Sequence record: OQ411014.1
Strand: one strand, 5' to 3'
Length of the DNA: 64,000 nt
Source: Escherichia phage EJP2
Below the pieces are notes generated by a model. The model was not told the DNA's origin. It ran no database searches and saw nothing but the letters and a program-made list of their open reading frames with translations. Shown in pieces: positions 1 to 9,836 of the stretch. Each line of letters begins with the position of its first letter. Position 1 is the first letter of the stretch. A program made the translations under genes and the position numbers.

Positions 1-42
1 GTACAGGATGTACTAACTCGTGACGCTTTCAAAATTCACAAT

Positions 43-447
43 ATGATGTTCAATATAAAAGAAGTCGTACAGTGCTTATTTTATTGTTCAAAGACTATGC
101 ATGACTTCTTTCATTCGGACATGTGTGATATGTTTGTGTGCACTGTAAATCGGGATGAGTCCTTTATTATGGGTATGCCAATGTCCGTGAATGCAGAGTA
201 CAATGAGTGCGTACTTCGTAATAACCCAGGTTCCTCACCACAACGCGATTTGCACGTGAAGAAGAATACGTACTGCATCAAGGGTGATGATATCGTTATA
301 ATGTTCTTGACAAAAGGTTTCATTCTTGATAACTTTACTGTCAAAGAGAGTTATCATGATTTCAGAGTTCAAGAAGATAATCCAACCGTTATGATCTATG
401 CATCTGATATAGAGAGTTTAGCGATGGATAATCCAGGAGTGATGTAG
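43..447 (+). CDS. hypothetical protein
   Basis: 134-aa ORF in the same orientation as the downstream gene block; no recognisable motif. Confidence 0.4.
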   Translation: MMFNIKEVVQCLFYCSKTMHDFFHSDMCDMFVCTVNRDESFIMGMPMSVNAEYNECVLRNNPGSSPQRDLHVKKNTYCIKGDDIVIMFLTKGFILDNFTVKESYHDFRVQEDNPTVMIYASDIESLAMDNPGVM

Positions 448-627
448 TGAAAAAGAAAAGCCAAACTAATGTACCGGATGTTCGTAACTTCGTACACAAA
501 CATATGGAAACATTCAGTAAAGCACAGACATTCGTTGACCGTAAAAAAGACCAACGCAATGGCAAAAGAAAACATAAAGGGCAAGACTGGTAAGTCTGCC
601 CTCTTTAATTAACAACGTGAGGTTATC

Positions 628-1524
628 ATGTTTCTGAATTTCAAAGAGTACAGCCTTAAAGAATACATTGAAATGTTCAGGGCGTTCTTTAAAGACCAAA
701 GTACAGTACTGCCCTTTGAATACTCAATTGATCGGGATTATGCCAGGACTCTTGGGTATATTATCATGCACGTAGGTGGCATGACGTTCTTGACTATTAA
801 AGATAATGGTCAGTTCTACGTTACTGAAGATGATAATATAACTTATAGTTACAATCCGAGTAAAAATTCTGAAAAAATCGTTACTCCACGTATAGACGTC
901 AATAAGTTCATTTGTCCTAAGACTCTAAAATCAGAAATCACTCACAAAGTTATAGTACTGAAGAATCGTACGCACGCTAATACCGGAAACTCTATAACTG
1001 TAATGGTCAAAGACAAATACGATTATACACGTTCAGCATATAAAAATAGTCCAATAAGTAATAAGTACAGTAGTGGAGTACATAAAACATTATGTATTGC
1101 ATCTAGAATGACTATTTCTGAATACTACGATGAAAGCGAAAGTACATGCATCCAAAGTTCTATTAATATTTGGAGTGATACTCTAGCGAATTGTTATAGT
1201 ATAACATTACATGAAAATCAAGGAAAATCTGTTGGTAAGATCGGTATGAGTACTTTGCATCCAAAAAACACCAGTCGCTTTACTATTGCAGATGATATTG
1301 TACAGTCTTTGCCTGATTTATCTTTGAGTCATCTCTTTAGTAATGAAGAAATTTATTTCAAATTACTATTGACACTAGAGCCTGAAGCGTGTAGACTATT
1401 CGAATTGATTCATACTGAAAGTATTGCACTTCTGAATGAAACAATAAATGACTGTACTCCATCGGAACGGAGTCCAGTACTGAGAGATGTAATAAGAAAC
1501 TTATCTATCAAGGAAGAGGGATAA
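628..1524 (+). CDS. hypothetical protein
   Basis: 298-aa ORF; ATG preceded by GAGG; no recognisable domain. Confidence 0.55.
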   Translation: MFLNFKEYSLKEYIEMFRAFFKDQSTVLPFEYSIDRDYARTLGYIIMHVGGMTFLTIKDNGQFYVTEDDNITYSYNPSKNSEKIVTPRIDVNKFICPKTLKSEITHKVIVLKNRTHANTGNSITVMVKDKYDYTRSAYKNSPISNKYSSGVHKTLCIASRMTISEYYDESESTCIQSSINIWSDTLANCYSITLHENQGKSVGKIGMSTLHPKNTSRFTIADDIVQSLPDLSLSHLFSNEEIYFKLLLTLEPEACRLFELIHTESIALLNETINDCTPSERSPVLRDVIRNLSIKEEG

Positions 1525-1525
1525 T

Positions 1526-1828
1526 ATGTATAAACTTGCGTTCAAGGATGGAATTGCAAAATACGCAACAATGGGCAATCGTCGAGTTCCAAGGAATGCT
1601 GAAACGATAACTCACCCAGATGGGACTACTATCTACATTGTTACTGCTACTAATGAACGAATGGCTACTGAACAGATAGTACTCCAAAGTAAGTTCGACC
1701 AGTCCAAAGTAAGTGCTCCGTACTTGCATTATGCGTACACACAGGAGATACTGGATATGGAGAACCCTGATATGTTCATGTTAGTACTGTTTGAATATGA
1801 CGAATGGCATAAACAAATTTTGTATTAA
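1526..1828 (+). CDS. hypothetical small protein
   Basis: 100-aa ORF starting 2 nt after the upstream stop. Confidence 0.5.
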   Translation: MYKLAFKDGIAKYATMGNRRVPRNAETITHPDGTTIYIVTATNERMATEQIVLQSKFDQSKVSAPYLHYAYTQEILDMENPDMFMLVLFEYDEWHKQILY

Positions 1829-1845
1829 CAATCCAAAAGATTTAC

Positions 1846-1874
1846 TTGACATTGTATCTGCACTTTGATATAAT
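1846..1874 (+). promoter_or_regulatory. sigma70-type consensus promoter (TTGACA-N17-TATAAT)
   Basis: TTGACA at 1846-1851 and TATAAT at 1869-1874, 32 nt upstream of the ATG at 1906. Confidence 0.6.
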
Positions 1875-1905
1875 AGATGCACTTTACTAATAAGAGGTTT
1901 TATAA

Positions 1906-2286
1906 ATGAGTACACCTTCCGCTATTCTAAAATCAATCACTGGCGTTCTACTAATTGAGAAGAACGGTGAAGACAAGTTAGTGTGTATTGAGGACTTACG
2001 TTCTTCCAAGCACTTCAGCATCGGTCAACTATTCAATGCCATTCGCGTACTAAACAACAAGACTGTTCAACAGTACGGTGCAAAGTGGCCTCGTTCTGAT
2101 GTAGGTACTGAATGTAGTAATGATTGGCTCGCACTGAAAGCAGCGTACAAGAATTCCAATTCAGATTATGAGTTCTTGATTGAAGTATGTAATCAACTAC
2201 AAGAAACAGTACCTGAAGTTGTTGAACGTGAAAAAGTACTGAAACAATTAGAGAAGTTTCGTCACGGTACTCTAGTACTAGAATAA
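1906..2286 (+). CDS. hypothetical protein
   Basis: 126-aa ORF with RBS AAGAGG upstream. Confidence 0.55.
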   Translation: MSTPSAILKSITGVLLIEKNGEDKLVCIEDLRSSKHFSIGQLFNAIRVLNNKTVQQYGAKWPRSDVGTECSNDWLALKAAYKNSNSDYEFLIEVCNQLQETVPEVVEREKVLKQLEKFRHGTLVLE

Positions 2287-2356
2287 TATAAAATCTTTTG
2301 TTATAAACTAATCAATTCAAATCAAAAAAAATTATACGGATATAAGGAATACTAAA

Positions 2357-2683
2357 ATGGAAAATACTAAATTTGATATGTTTGCATCCCTAGAAGAACG
2401 CGAATTCGAAGTAGAAGAAGTACAAACTCTAGATGAGTCTGATATTGAACTACTAACCGCATCTGAAGATGAAGCAGAAGAAGTTGAAAAGAAACGTCCT
2501 GGTATGAACCGCATTTCTCGCAGTACTGAAGAGTACAATGAAATGATTGAAAGTTCACACTACGAAACTCTAACTCATCCTGTAAGTGGTGTTGAGTACT
2601 CTGTGAAAGTAACTGTCTTCAAACCTGAAGTGAACCCACAAGAGAATATGCGTCCTGCATACGCTTACAGTACTAACCACTAA
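2357..2683 (+). CDS. acidic hypothetical protein
   Basis: 108-aa ORF with a D/E-rich N-terminal half. Confidence 0.5.
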   Translation: MENTKFDMFASLEEREFEVEEVQTLDESDIELLTASEDEAEEVEKKRPGMNRISRSTEEYNEMIESSHYETLTHPVSGVEYSVKVTVFKPEVNPQENMRPAYAYSTNH

Positions 2684-2692
2684 GGGTATAAA

Positions 2693-3010
2693 ATGATTTA
2701 TGAAAGTGAAATAATTTATTTCGGAATTGGGATTCTTATTGCAGTAGTAGTGTACATTATGGTTATAGTTGCAGTGTTTCGATATGCATTTGCATTGAGT
2801 ACACGCAATAATGTTGATATCGATAACTATAATGTTGCACCTGGGCTACCGTTACTAGGGTCAGAAGACTTTCCGTGGATACTGACAGCGTTACTAAGTT
2901 TAGGTGGGTATTTTTTAGGACTTCAGTTAGTCATTATCGCATGGCCTCTAATGATATTCGTAATAATTCAGGTAATTATTTCATATTCTAGAAAGAAAAA
3001 CTTTTCATAA
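2693..3010 (+). CDS. small membrane protein
   Basis: 105 aa with hydrophobic segments (IGILIAVVVYIMVIVAVF and LGGYFLGLQLVIIAWPLMIFVIIQVI). Confidence 0.55.
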   Translation: MIYESEIIYFGIGILIAVVVYIMVIVAVFRYAFALSTRNNVDIDNYNVAPGLPLLGSEDFPWILTALLSLGGYFLGLQLVIIAWPLMIFVIIQVIISYSRKKNFS

Positions 3011-3017
3011 TCAAATT

Positions 3018-3048
3018 AGCACGGTACAATGTATCGTGCTATTTTTTT
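3018..3048 (+). terminator. intrinsic terminator
   Basis: stem AGCACG/CGTGCT followed by a T7 run. Confidence 0.5.
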
Positions 3049-3068
3049 AACTAAACGAAGGAGAAGCA

Positions 3069-3866
3069 ATGAGAATCAAAGATATCAAAGATTACTCTCA
3101 TGCGACGAGAGCAGAAATCATCAGTATAGCCAAAAGCATACATCCACAATTACTGAACATCATCCAGTACCGAAGCCTTCAGGACGAATCCCTGTGTGAT
3201 AATCGTCTTACTGATATGTTCAATGAACAATTGCGTTCTAAAATCGATGCATATAAAATGCAGATGAAAGCAATGCGTACTCAGTACTTAGTAGAGTTCT
3301 TCGAGGATTATCTTCTTCTCGATGAAGGTTCTCCGTACGAGCACGACATGTACTATGGAATCGATTTGAACACAGGTAAGAAGCTCTCTAAGGCTTCGGA
3401 CTTCACTAACCCTACGTACGATGTGATTTATGTTCCAGAGGTTCAGAACGTCGTTGAGTGCGTTAATGCTATGCATACGTCTCATACTGACATTCGTCCG
3501 TTCTGGAATAAGAATTCATACACGATGTACAGTACTACAGAGCAGCATCACATCTATCCGTGCAAGAACGCAGAAGAGTTCATCAAGAGTGCACGTAAAC
3601 AATTCAGTACTTTACCTCATGAAAATGCTATCATGGATTTAGTTAGTACTGCTGCTAAGGTTCGGGACTTTGATTACCCACTACACTTCGCTGCGTTATC
3701 GTCTGGTGATGAGCGTTCGGTATATAGCAGTACTGTAATGAAATCCATTCAACGTCATCAAATCTTACGTGACTTCTTAGAAAGTGTTTACAGTCCTGAT
3801 GAAGTGTACTATACTAGTTCAGTTACAGAAGATGGGACATACAAGTTCTTTCCAAGCAATTACTAA
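3069..3866 (+). CDS. hypothetical protein
   Basis: 265-aa ORF with RBS GGAG. Confidence 0.55.
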   Translation: MRIKDIKDYSHATRAEIISIAKSIHPQLLNIIQYRSLQDESLCDNRLTDMFNEQLRSKIDAYKMQMKAMRTQYLVEFFEDYLLLDEGSPYEHDMYYGIDLNTGKKLSKASDFTNPTYDVIYVPEVQNVVECVNAMHTSHTDIRPFWNKNSYTMYSTTEQHHIYPCKNAEEFIKSARKQFSTLPHENAIMDLVSTAAKVRDFDYPLHFAALSSGDERSVYSSTVMKSIQRHQILRDFLESVYSPDEVYYTSSVTEDGTYKFFPSNY

Positions 3867-3878
3867 CGAGGATATATA

Positions 3879-4736
3879 ATGCGTTTGAGATTGGTTATTT
3901 CCAGTGCAGATGATCAGTTGTGGGTTAGGCCAGCGGACAGTACTAGACGTGTTCGTCTACCATCAGTTCATGGTCATACCTTTATTGTTGAGAACAAACA
4001 ATCAACATTAGAAGAAGCCTTTCGTCTATTCATTGGTGATTATGAATGTAAGCCATTCAATGACTATCATTGCACTTATGAAGTTGTTGATATTCCTGAT
4101 GAGTACATGTTCCAGTTGGCACTATTAGGCGTTCATGAGATGGACTTCCTTGTGTACAATAACGTCACTAAGAAAATGGCAATTTGTTCAGCAGTACATT
4201 TGGCTGTTGAATATACAATGGCAACTAATTCCAAGGTAGGTTATAACCAATCTTCTTATCGTAATAGTACTGCTACTACTAACGATGTTGTATTCCAGTG
4301 GGAGTACAAAAGTGACGAGTGGAAGACTAAGAACGATGATGTTACTGTTCATACAGTACTGGATAGTACTTATGATAATATCTATCAGTACATTGAGCCT
4401 AACCTAATGGAATGGGCTTGTAGGATGTACAGTAACATTGCTGATACTTTACGTCCTAGAGTTTATGGGTTCAAGAACTGGAAAAGTAAGATTGATACAT
4501 CTGATGAACCAGTAGCGTATGAAAAGTCCTACCCGTACTATAACTTCAGTGATTTATATTTCCTGTTCAATCAGTACTGCAACGATGAAGCGATGTTTTT
4601 GTACGCACAGGATGTAATCTCCGATTCAGCAATTGAGATATTGCGTGAACTGTACTGTCATTGTCAGTTTATCAGTACTAACATTCAGGTCGGCAAGGAT
4701 TACATAAAATTCTGTGATGAAAGAAGATCACGATAA
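3879..4736 (+). CDS. hypothetical protein
   Basis: 285-aa ORF with RBS GAGG. Confidence 0.55.
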   Translation: MRLRLVISSADDQLWVRPADSTRRVRLPSVHGHTFIVENKQSTLEEAFRLFIGDYECKPFNDYHCTYEVVDIPDEYMFQLALLGVHEMDFLVYNNVTKKMAICSAVHLAVEYTMATNSKVGYNQSSYRNSTATTNDVVFQWEYKSDEWKTKNDDVTVHTVLDSTYDNIYQYIEPNLMEWACRMYSNIADTLRPRVYGFKNWKSKIDTSDEPVAYEKSYPYYNFSDLYFLFNQYCNDEAMFLYAQDVISDSAIEILRELYCHCQFISTNIQVGKDYIKFCDERRSR

Positions 4737-4737
4737 T

Positions 4738-4767
4738 TTGAGCATTCATAAAAAAATGTGATATAAT
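4738..4767 (+). promoter_or_regulatory. sigma70-type promoter with extended -10 (TGaTATAAT)
   Basis: TTGAGC 4738-4743 and TATAAT 4762-4767; nearly identical to the promoter at 58672-58701. Confidence 0.55.
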
Positions 4768-4773
4768 TAGTAC

Positions 4774-5320
4774 TACGGATGGTTAGCTATCCGTATTTTA
4801 AATTTGAATGACCAGTACTACATACTGGTACGTTTTAACCCTGATTCACTCGAAAATGTAGAGGACAGTTGAGTACGCATTCAAGTACGTTCAGCAGAAG
4901 AAACCCGTTAGGTGTAGGCATAGTTTGTACCTCCCACGGCAATGTGGCTGATTAAACCATGAAGAGTAATACGATGACTCATGGCTTGCTTATGGCATGA
5001 TAGACATATAAGGATCGCTCCTTACCAAAATGTATAAGGGAATCTTATAAATTTTTGTAGGACTGATTAGAGGCTTACCCTTGATCCGTCCAAAATTTGA
5101 AGATACAGTACAGTACTGTTTATGTGGTAATGTATTGATGCGTGCTAAGACCACGACCGTTGCATAGAAACGCGATAGGAAGAAACAGGGCAACCCGCTT
5201 CCGTTCTTAATAGAAATTCGTAACATAAAATGATGACACATACCAGCGTCAAACTTTGTTCTTCCCTCCCTGTGGGGGGATGAAAATGAATCTACAAAAC
5301 CTCGTCAAATAATAATAAGA
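4774..5320 (+). ncRNA. candidate structured noncoding RNA, copy A (unknown class)
   Basis: 740-nt gap between + genes with its own promoter and no conserved reading frame; shares blocks with the locus at 58.7 kb (CACUCGAAAAUGUAGAGG, GAAACCCGU, CACGACCGUUG, AAACAGGGCAACCCG, ACAAACCUCGUCAA); stem GGAAG/CUUCC at 5178-5202 covaries with GCUGG/CCAGC in copy B. Confidence 0.45.
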
Positions 5321-5476
5321 AAGTACTAAATCAATTAGAACGAACGCTAGTGAGTGATAATTGATTTAGTAACAGTAACGCTTCGCTAGAAGTGTTACTC
5401 GTTGTTTAAGAATAAAATAACTTAGTGAGTTTTGGTTCTTTTGTTGTTCACTAAGTCCCTATAGAGAGAATATTAG

Positions 5477-5998
5477 ATGCCAGTGAAATATAAATCCCTT
5501 GATGGTGTTGTGAAGTACAAAGATCAAATGACTGAACAGGAATTACAAGAGTTCAGTGGGTACAAAATCGAGGGCAGTGCGGCACGTATTTCATACATTG
5601 AAGAGTACAAAGACGGAGATTTACTAGGGAAAATTATCCTTAGAATGACAAAAGCCCCAATCATATTTCGGGTAGTATACAAGGGATATAATGAAATTCG
5701 GTACAATACTGGAAGTGTTTCATCTAGATATTGCAGTAATGGTGATGTTTTTTGTGGTGAAATGCTGAGATATGATATGAATGGGAAGCTACAGGTTCGG
5801 GACTTTTTGAATCTAGGCAAGAACGTAACTGATGATATTGTTACTGAATTTGGTATCTCTGATATACTACAGCATGAATTTACAGAAGAAGAGTTATTCC
5901 GACTCTATATGAAATACGATTCAGGATTTAGATTCGTATCGGAATATAATAGAACTCCTGAACACTTCGATTCAGTACTGAAGGCGTGTTTGGAATAA
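5477..5998 (+). CDS. hypothetical protein
   Basis: 173-aa ORF. Confidence 0.55.
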   Translation: MPVKYKSLDGVVKYKDQMTEQELQEFSGYKIEGSAARISYIEEYKDGDLLGKIILRMTKAPIIFRVVYKGYNEIRYNTGSVSSRYCSNGDVFCGEMLRYDMNGKLQVRDFLNLGKNVTDDIVTEFGISDILQHEFTEEELFRLYMKYDSGFRFVSEYNRTPEHFDSVLKACLE

Positions 5999-6013
5999 TA
6001 GGATATACAATTC

Positions 6014-6532
6014 ATGGATGATAAAAAATCAAAGATGGATATACACTTTTCATCTAAAGCTCAAACTTGGAATACTCCAAGAGATTTATGGAATAAAATA
6101 AATGCAGTATGGAAGTTCACTCTAGATGCTGCGTGTTTAGAAAATAGTGCCTTGTGCGAAAAGTACTTCACTCCTGAAGACGATTCATTAGAACAGGACT
6201 GGGGTGATAACATAGTATGGCTTAACCCACCCTATAACGACCTCAAGACTTGGCTATCGAAGGCAGTACAGGAATATAAGAAAGGCTCTACAGTTGTCAT
6301 TCTGGTCCCTTCTAGGACGGATACAAAGGCATTCCAGGACTATGCTTCTAAAGAATGTTCGTGTATTTGTTTTATTAAGGGAAGACTCAAGTTCTTTGAT
6401 CCAGCTAGACCACCTGATGCGAGGGCAGACCCAGCACCATTCCCTAGCTGTTTGATAGTACTGGATGATGATCTTACACAAGAGAAAATCGATTTTCTAA
6501 AAACTCTAGGTCAGGTAATGAAGAATGTCTAA
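6014..6532 (+). CDS. DNA N6-adenine methyltransferase (phage Dam-type)
   Basis: NPPY motif (VWLNPPYNDLKTW) typical of amino-methyltransferases; size fits small phage Dam family. Confidence 0.6.
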   Translation: MDDKKSKMDIHFSSKAQTWNTPRDLWNKINAVWKFTLDAACLENSALCEKYFTPEDDSLEQDWGDNIVWLNPPYNDLKTWLSKAVQEYKKGSTVVILVPSRTDTKAFQDYASKECSCICFIKGRLKFFDPARPPDARADPAPFPSCLIVLDDDLTQEKIDFLKTLGQVMKNV

Positions 6533-7064
6533 ACGCTGTGTCTTTATGTTCGGCAGAATGAACCCGTGCCACCTCGGACACGGGAAAGTATTTGAAAAAG
6601 CACTACAACTAAAGGATAATGAAACTGATGTGAAGTTGTTCCTTAGTGCTTCGTTTGATCCTAAAAAGAATCCACTACCAAGAGAAGTTCGTCAGTACTA
6701 CATATCTGAGTTCTTCCCTGAAATAAAAGATTCTATACAAGATACAAACATAAACAATTTATTTGATATAATGAAATCACTTGATACTTATTATAGTGAT
6801 GTAATATTCGTAGGTGGTTCAGACAGGGCGAGTTCCTTCCAAGAACTACTACTGAAGTACAATAACAAACAGTACTCATTCGATTCTATCAGTACTGTAC
6901 TAGCTGGAACATCAAGAGAAGAATCTATGTTCAGTTCTACTCTAATGCGTAATGCAGTACAGAAGGACGATTTCAGTACTTTCAAGATATGTCTCCCTGG
7001 GGATAATGAATACTTGAAGTACGATATGTTCGCTGGTGTAAAGAAGTACATGAAAAATATTTGA
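6525..7064 (+). CDS. HxGH-family nucleotidyltransferase (cytidylyl/adenylyltransferase-like)
   Basis: N-terminal FGRMNPCHLGHG (GxFxPxHxGH) and C-terminal SSTLMR (ISSTxxR-like) motifs; overlaps the methyltransferase gene by 8 nt. Confidence 0.55.
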   Translation: MSKRCVFMFGRMNPCHLGHGKVFEKALQLKDNETDVKLFLSASFDPKKNPLPREVRQYYISEFFPEIKDSIQDTNINNLFDIMKSLDTYYSDVIFVGGSDRASSFQELLLKYNNKQYSFDSISTVLAGTSREESMFSSTLMRNAVQKDDFSTFKICLPGDNEYLKYDMFAGVKKYMKNI

Positions 7065-7678
7065 CACCTATCTATAGCCATGATACTATATGTACATGGC
7101 TATTTCTATATGAAGGTACTATAATGAAAGCAAAAGATCTGTTTGATATGGTTCACTCCAATCGTAAGCACCAATTGAATATTAATAGATCATTCAAGTT
7201 TGGTCACATGGATGTTACATATATAAAGTCATTTGGTTCTGATTTATTCTTGGTTGAGCTTGCTCAAGCTGGTAAATCTAAACGAGTATGTGAAATAATC
7301 TATTGTCCTCTCGAAGAAGAAAATGATACTTATGTTCCAGTTAAAGTATTTGATACTAAAGTCAAATTATCCAAGACTGAAATTGAGTTTGGTTTTCCGG
7401 TGGATGAAAAATTGAAGGATACAATTCGGTTTGTTCCGACTGATTTCAAAACTCCAGCATTTGATATAGACTTCAGTACTGAAGAATCGGCTTCACAAGC
7501 TATGTTCATTCATGATTTCGACCCCAAGAACTGTGAGTACCTAATGGCGGCTACACGTGCATTACAAGAAGTGTACCACCAGCCTGGATATGGGTACATG
7601 ATTATTTCGAGTACTTCTCCGGCATTACTGTGTGATGTACTAGGGATTGAAGTCCAAGTAGGAGTATACAATGCGTGA
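7061..7678 (+). CDS. paralogous early-gene family member
   Basis: C-terminal motif SASQAMFIHDFDP matching the shared E-x-x-F-Q/S-A-S/T-h-V-x-D/E-h-D module. Confidence 0.55.
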   Translation: MTPIYSHDTICTWLFLYEGTIMKAKDLFDMVHSNRKHQLNINRSFKFGHMDVTYIKSFGSDLFLVELAQAGKSKRVCEIIYCPLEEENDTYVPVKVFDTKVKLSKTEIEFGFPVDEKLKDTIRFVPTDFKTPAFDIDFSTEESASQAMFIHDFDPKNCEYLMAATRALQEVYHQPGYGYMIISSTSPALLCDVLGIEVQVGVYNA

Positions 7679-8222
7679 TAAAGTTCAACACATATTGAAT
7701 TGTATGCAGAAGAAAGTTCACGTTCAGAATGATGTACTTGATATGCAAGTATATACAATTCTATCTTCAGAAGATGGCGTGTTTAGTTCAACTATTCGAT
7801 GCCGCAATAAAAATAGCGGTTCCTTTACTATTATGCTAAGGAAGAAGACTGAAATGATTACTGCTCCTAGTTCAGTACTGGGACAAAACGACACATACAA
7901 TACAGTTTACACTTCTCTTGCAATGAAGATGGCAATCTTCTGTACGCATGGTAATCCCCTACACATTGTTCGTGGGGATAGTACAATAGGTGATGATGTC
8001 GTTCAGGATTTGAGTGACGAAGGTTTCTTTCGCTTGTTATTGGCAGTTGACCCGAAGTATAATATCGATATAGATGGGTACAAGCAGGTTCTTGAAATGA
8101 TTTATGCATTCGAAGAAGTAGTACCTGAAGATTGGACTATTGTTATTAGCTCACCATTAGATAATTTACATTCAATAGATGTTGATTCTATCTATTCAGT
8201 ACTGAAGGATGTCGTAGTATGA
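7671..8222 (+). CDS. hypothetical protein, possible family member
   Basis: DEGFFRLLLAVDP resembles the family motif; start overlaps the upstream gene. Confidence 0.5.
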   Translation: MRDKVQHILNCMQKKVHVQNDVLDMQVYTILSSEDGVFSSTIRCRNKNSGSFTIMLRKKTEMITAPSSVLGQNDTYNTVYTSLAMKMAIFCTHGNPLHIVRGDSTIGDDVVQDLSDEGFFRLLLAVDPKYNIDIDGYKQVLEMIYAFEEVVPEDWTIVISSPLDNLHSIDVDSIYSVLKDVVV

Positions 8223-8788
8223 ATGCCGCAGAGTTTGTTAGAGCACTTGTTGGTTTAGCTAAAGTGAAAACTTATAGAGGAAATATCACTAAATCAAATT
8301 CGCATTTTGTTCCACGTAATGGTCGTGAACATCTATTCGTTGATTCATTACTCATCAAGGGTATCGATGCATATGAAGAAATATACATTTCTATAGATAT
8401 GTGTGATGGATTCTTGAATTCCATTGCAGTTCATACAAGAAATAGATATACTCATTTCTCTATGTACAGAAAAACGGCATACACAGAGTATGATAAGTAC
8501 GCAATGGAAGAAACCTCCCCAGGGCGTTTCCTTATGCTTTTTCACAATGAAATTACCGAGCGTGATTTAATCATGAATCACAAGGGTGAATTTATTGTGC
8601 ACATGGACAATGAAAGTGAAGTGTTCAGTACTTTATTAGTACATAACTTCGATATAGAAAAGTACAGAGAAATTCATGAAACCTATAAGTGCATTGATGA
8701 ACTTAAAACTGACCTCTCATTCAGTACATATGATACTAATTGTGGTCTGAATTTCGCAGCACTATATCAAATTATATGGAAGGCATAA
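8219..8788 (+). CDS. paralogous early-gene family member
   Basis: motif ESEVFSTLLVHNFD; ATGA overlap with the upstream gene. Confidence 0.55.
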   Translation: MNAAEFVRALVGLAKVKTYRGNITKSNSHFVPRNGREHLFVDSLLIKGIDAYEEIYISIDMCDGFLNSIAVHTRNRYTHFSMYRKTAYTEYDKYAMEETSPGRFLMLFHNEITERDLIMNHKGEFIVHMDNESEVFSTLLVHNFDIEKYREIHETYKCIDELKTDLSFSTYDTNCGLNFAALYQIIWKA

Positions 8789-9309
8789 TGACTGCACTAA
8801 ATGATTTCATGACTCTCAGTACTGAAATAGTATCTTCTACAAAGGGAGAAATCACAATCCCCCGTGATGATGTATATATTATACTAACACCAGGAATAGC
8901 AGAGTCCATAAAAGTATACGAAAATAATGATTCTTTACAAGTACTGTACATGCCACAAGATTATCTTTTTGTAAATTCTGATTTTACTTTACATCAATTT
9001 CCTACGTATAGTAATTTTCAACAACGTTTCCCAAGTGATAAAACAAAAGAAATAAAATACGTACAGTACGATAATAGTTTTAAAAGTCGTACTCATTTTA
9101 TCGCTTTAGAAACTGAAGAAGATATATTCAATGCTATGATAGTACATTCATTTGATATAAACGCAGCACTAGAATTGATGAGTGTATTGACTGAAGTACC
9201 GGAAGATGTAACAGGTATTATTACTATAAGAACTAAGTACAATGAAGAATTGTTACTAAAGTGCAACAGTATGATGCGAGATTATATTAGTAATAAGGAA
9301 AACACATGA
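8788..9309 (+). CDS. paralogous early-gene family member
   Basis: start moved to the ATG overlapping the upstream TAA (N-terminus MTALNDF parallels MTVLNDF of the next gene); motif EEDIFNAMIVHSFD; close paralog of 9306-9836. Confidence 0.55.
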   Translation: MTALNDFMTLSTEIVSSTKGEITIPRDDVYIILTPGIAESIKVYENNDSLQVLYMPQDYLFVNSDFTLHQFPTYSNFQQRFPSDKTKEIKYVQYDNSFKSRTHFIALETEEDIFNAMIVHSFDINAALELMSVLTEVPEDVTGIITIRTKYNEELLLKCNSMMRDYISNKENT

Positions 9310-9836
9310 CAGTACTGAATGATTTTCTTAGAGATAGTAAGTACATTATTGATAATATTGCTGAAGAAATATCTATACCATCAATGGATGAGTTGATGAT
9401 GATATCAATGGACCCTGATGGTGGGTTGGTAAAAGTATATTACGATTTTGAACTGCACGTAATGTTCATGAAAAATCATTATGAACACGCTTCTGATATG
9501 TTGACACTTTATGATTTTGGGACGCATAAAAATTACCAACAACGTTTACCAGCAAACAAATCAAAGGATATGAAACTAAGTGTTTACAATTCTGCTGGTG
9601 TTACTATTCCGACTAAGATTTCTCTTGGTTCTGAAGAGGGAATCTTTTCTGCGGAATTAGTACATGATTCCAGTACTGAAGAAGCACTTGAAGTTATGCA
9701 AGTAATTTCTGAAGTACCTGACAGTACCAAAGGAATACTTACTATAAGAAATAAGTACAACGAACGATTACTTATAAAATGTAATGTGTTATTAGAACAA
9801 TATATACATGGAGTACTGAATGCAAATATGGTATAA
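9306..9836 (+). CDS. paralogous early-gene family member
   Basis: motif EEGIFSAELVHD; internal FGTHKNYQQRLPANKSK parallels FPTYSNFQQRFPSDKTK of the previous gene. Confidence 0.6.
   Translation: MTVLNDFLRDSKYIIDNIAEEISIPSMDELMMISMDPDGGLVKVYYDFELHVMFMKNHYEHASDMLTLYDFGTHKNYQQRLPANKSKDMKLSVYNSAGVTIPTKISLGSEEGIFSAELVHDSSTEEALEVMQVISEVPDSTKGILTIRNKYNERLLIKCNVLLEQYIHGVLNANMV

Noticed and set aside
4990-5241. 83-aa minus-strand ORF inside noncoding locus A
   Set aside because: It crosses blocks that are conserved at nucleotide level with indels and a compensatory stem change relative to locus B; there is no RBS; more consistent with RNA structure than coding.
4770-5330. Possible tRNA genes or a group I intron in the large intergenic regions
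   Set aside because: I found no cloverleaf with a GTTCRANYC T-loop or CCA-proximal acceptor stem, and no P7 or R/S-like intron core; the loci are also not embedded in an ORF. This is not fully excluded without a covariance-model search.
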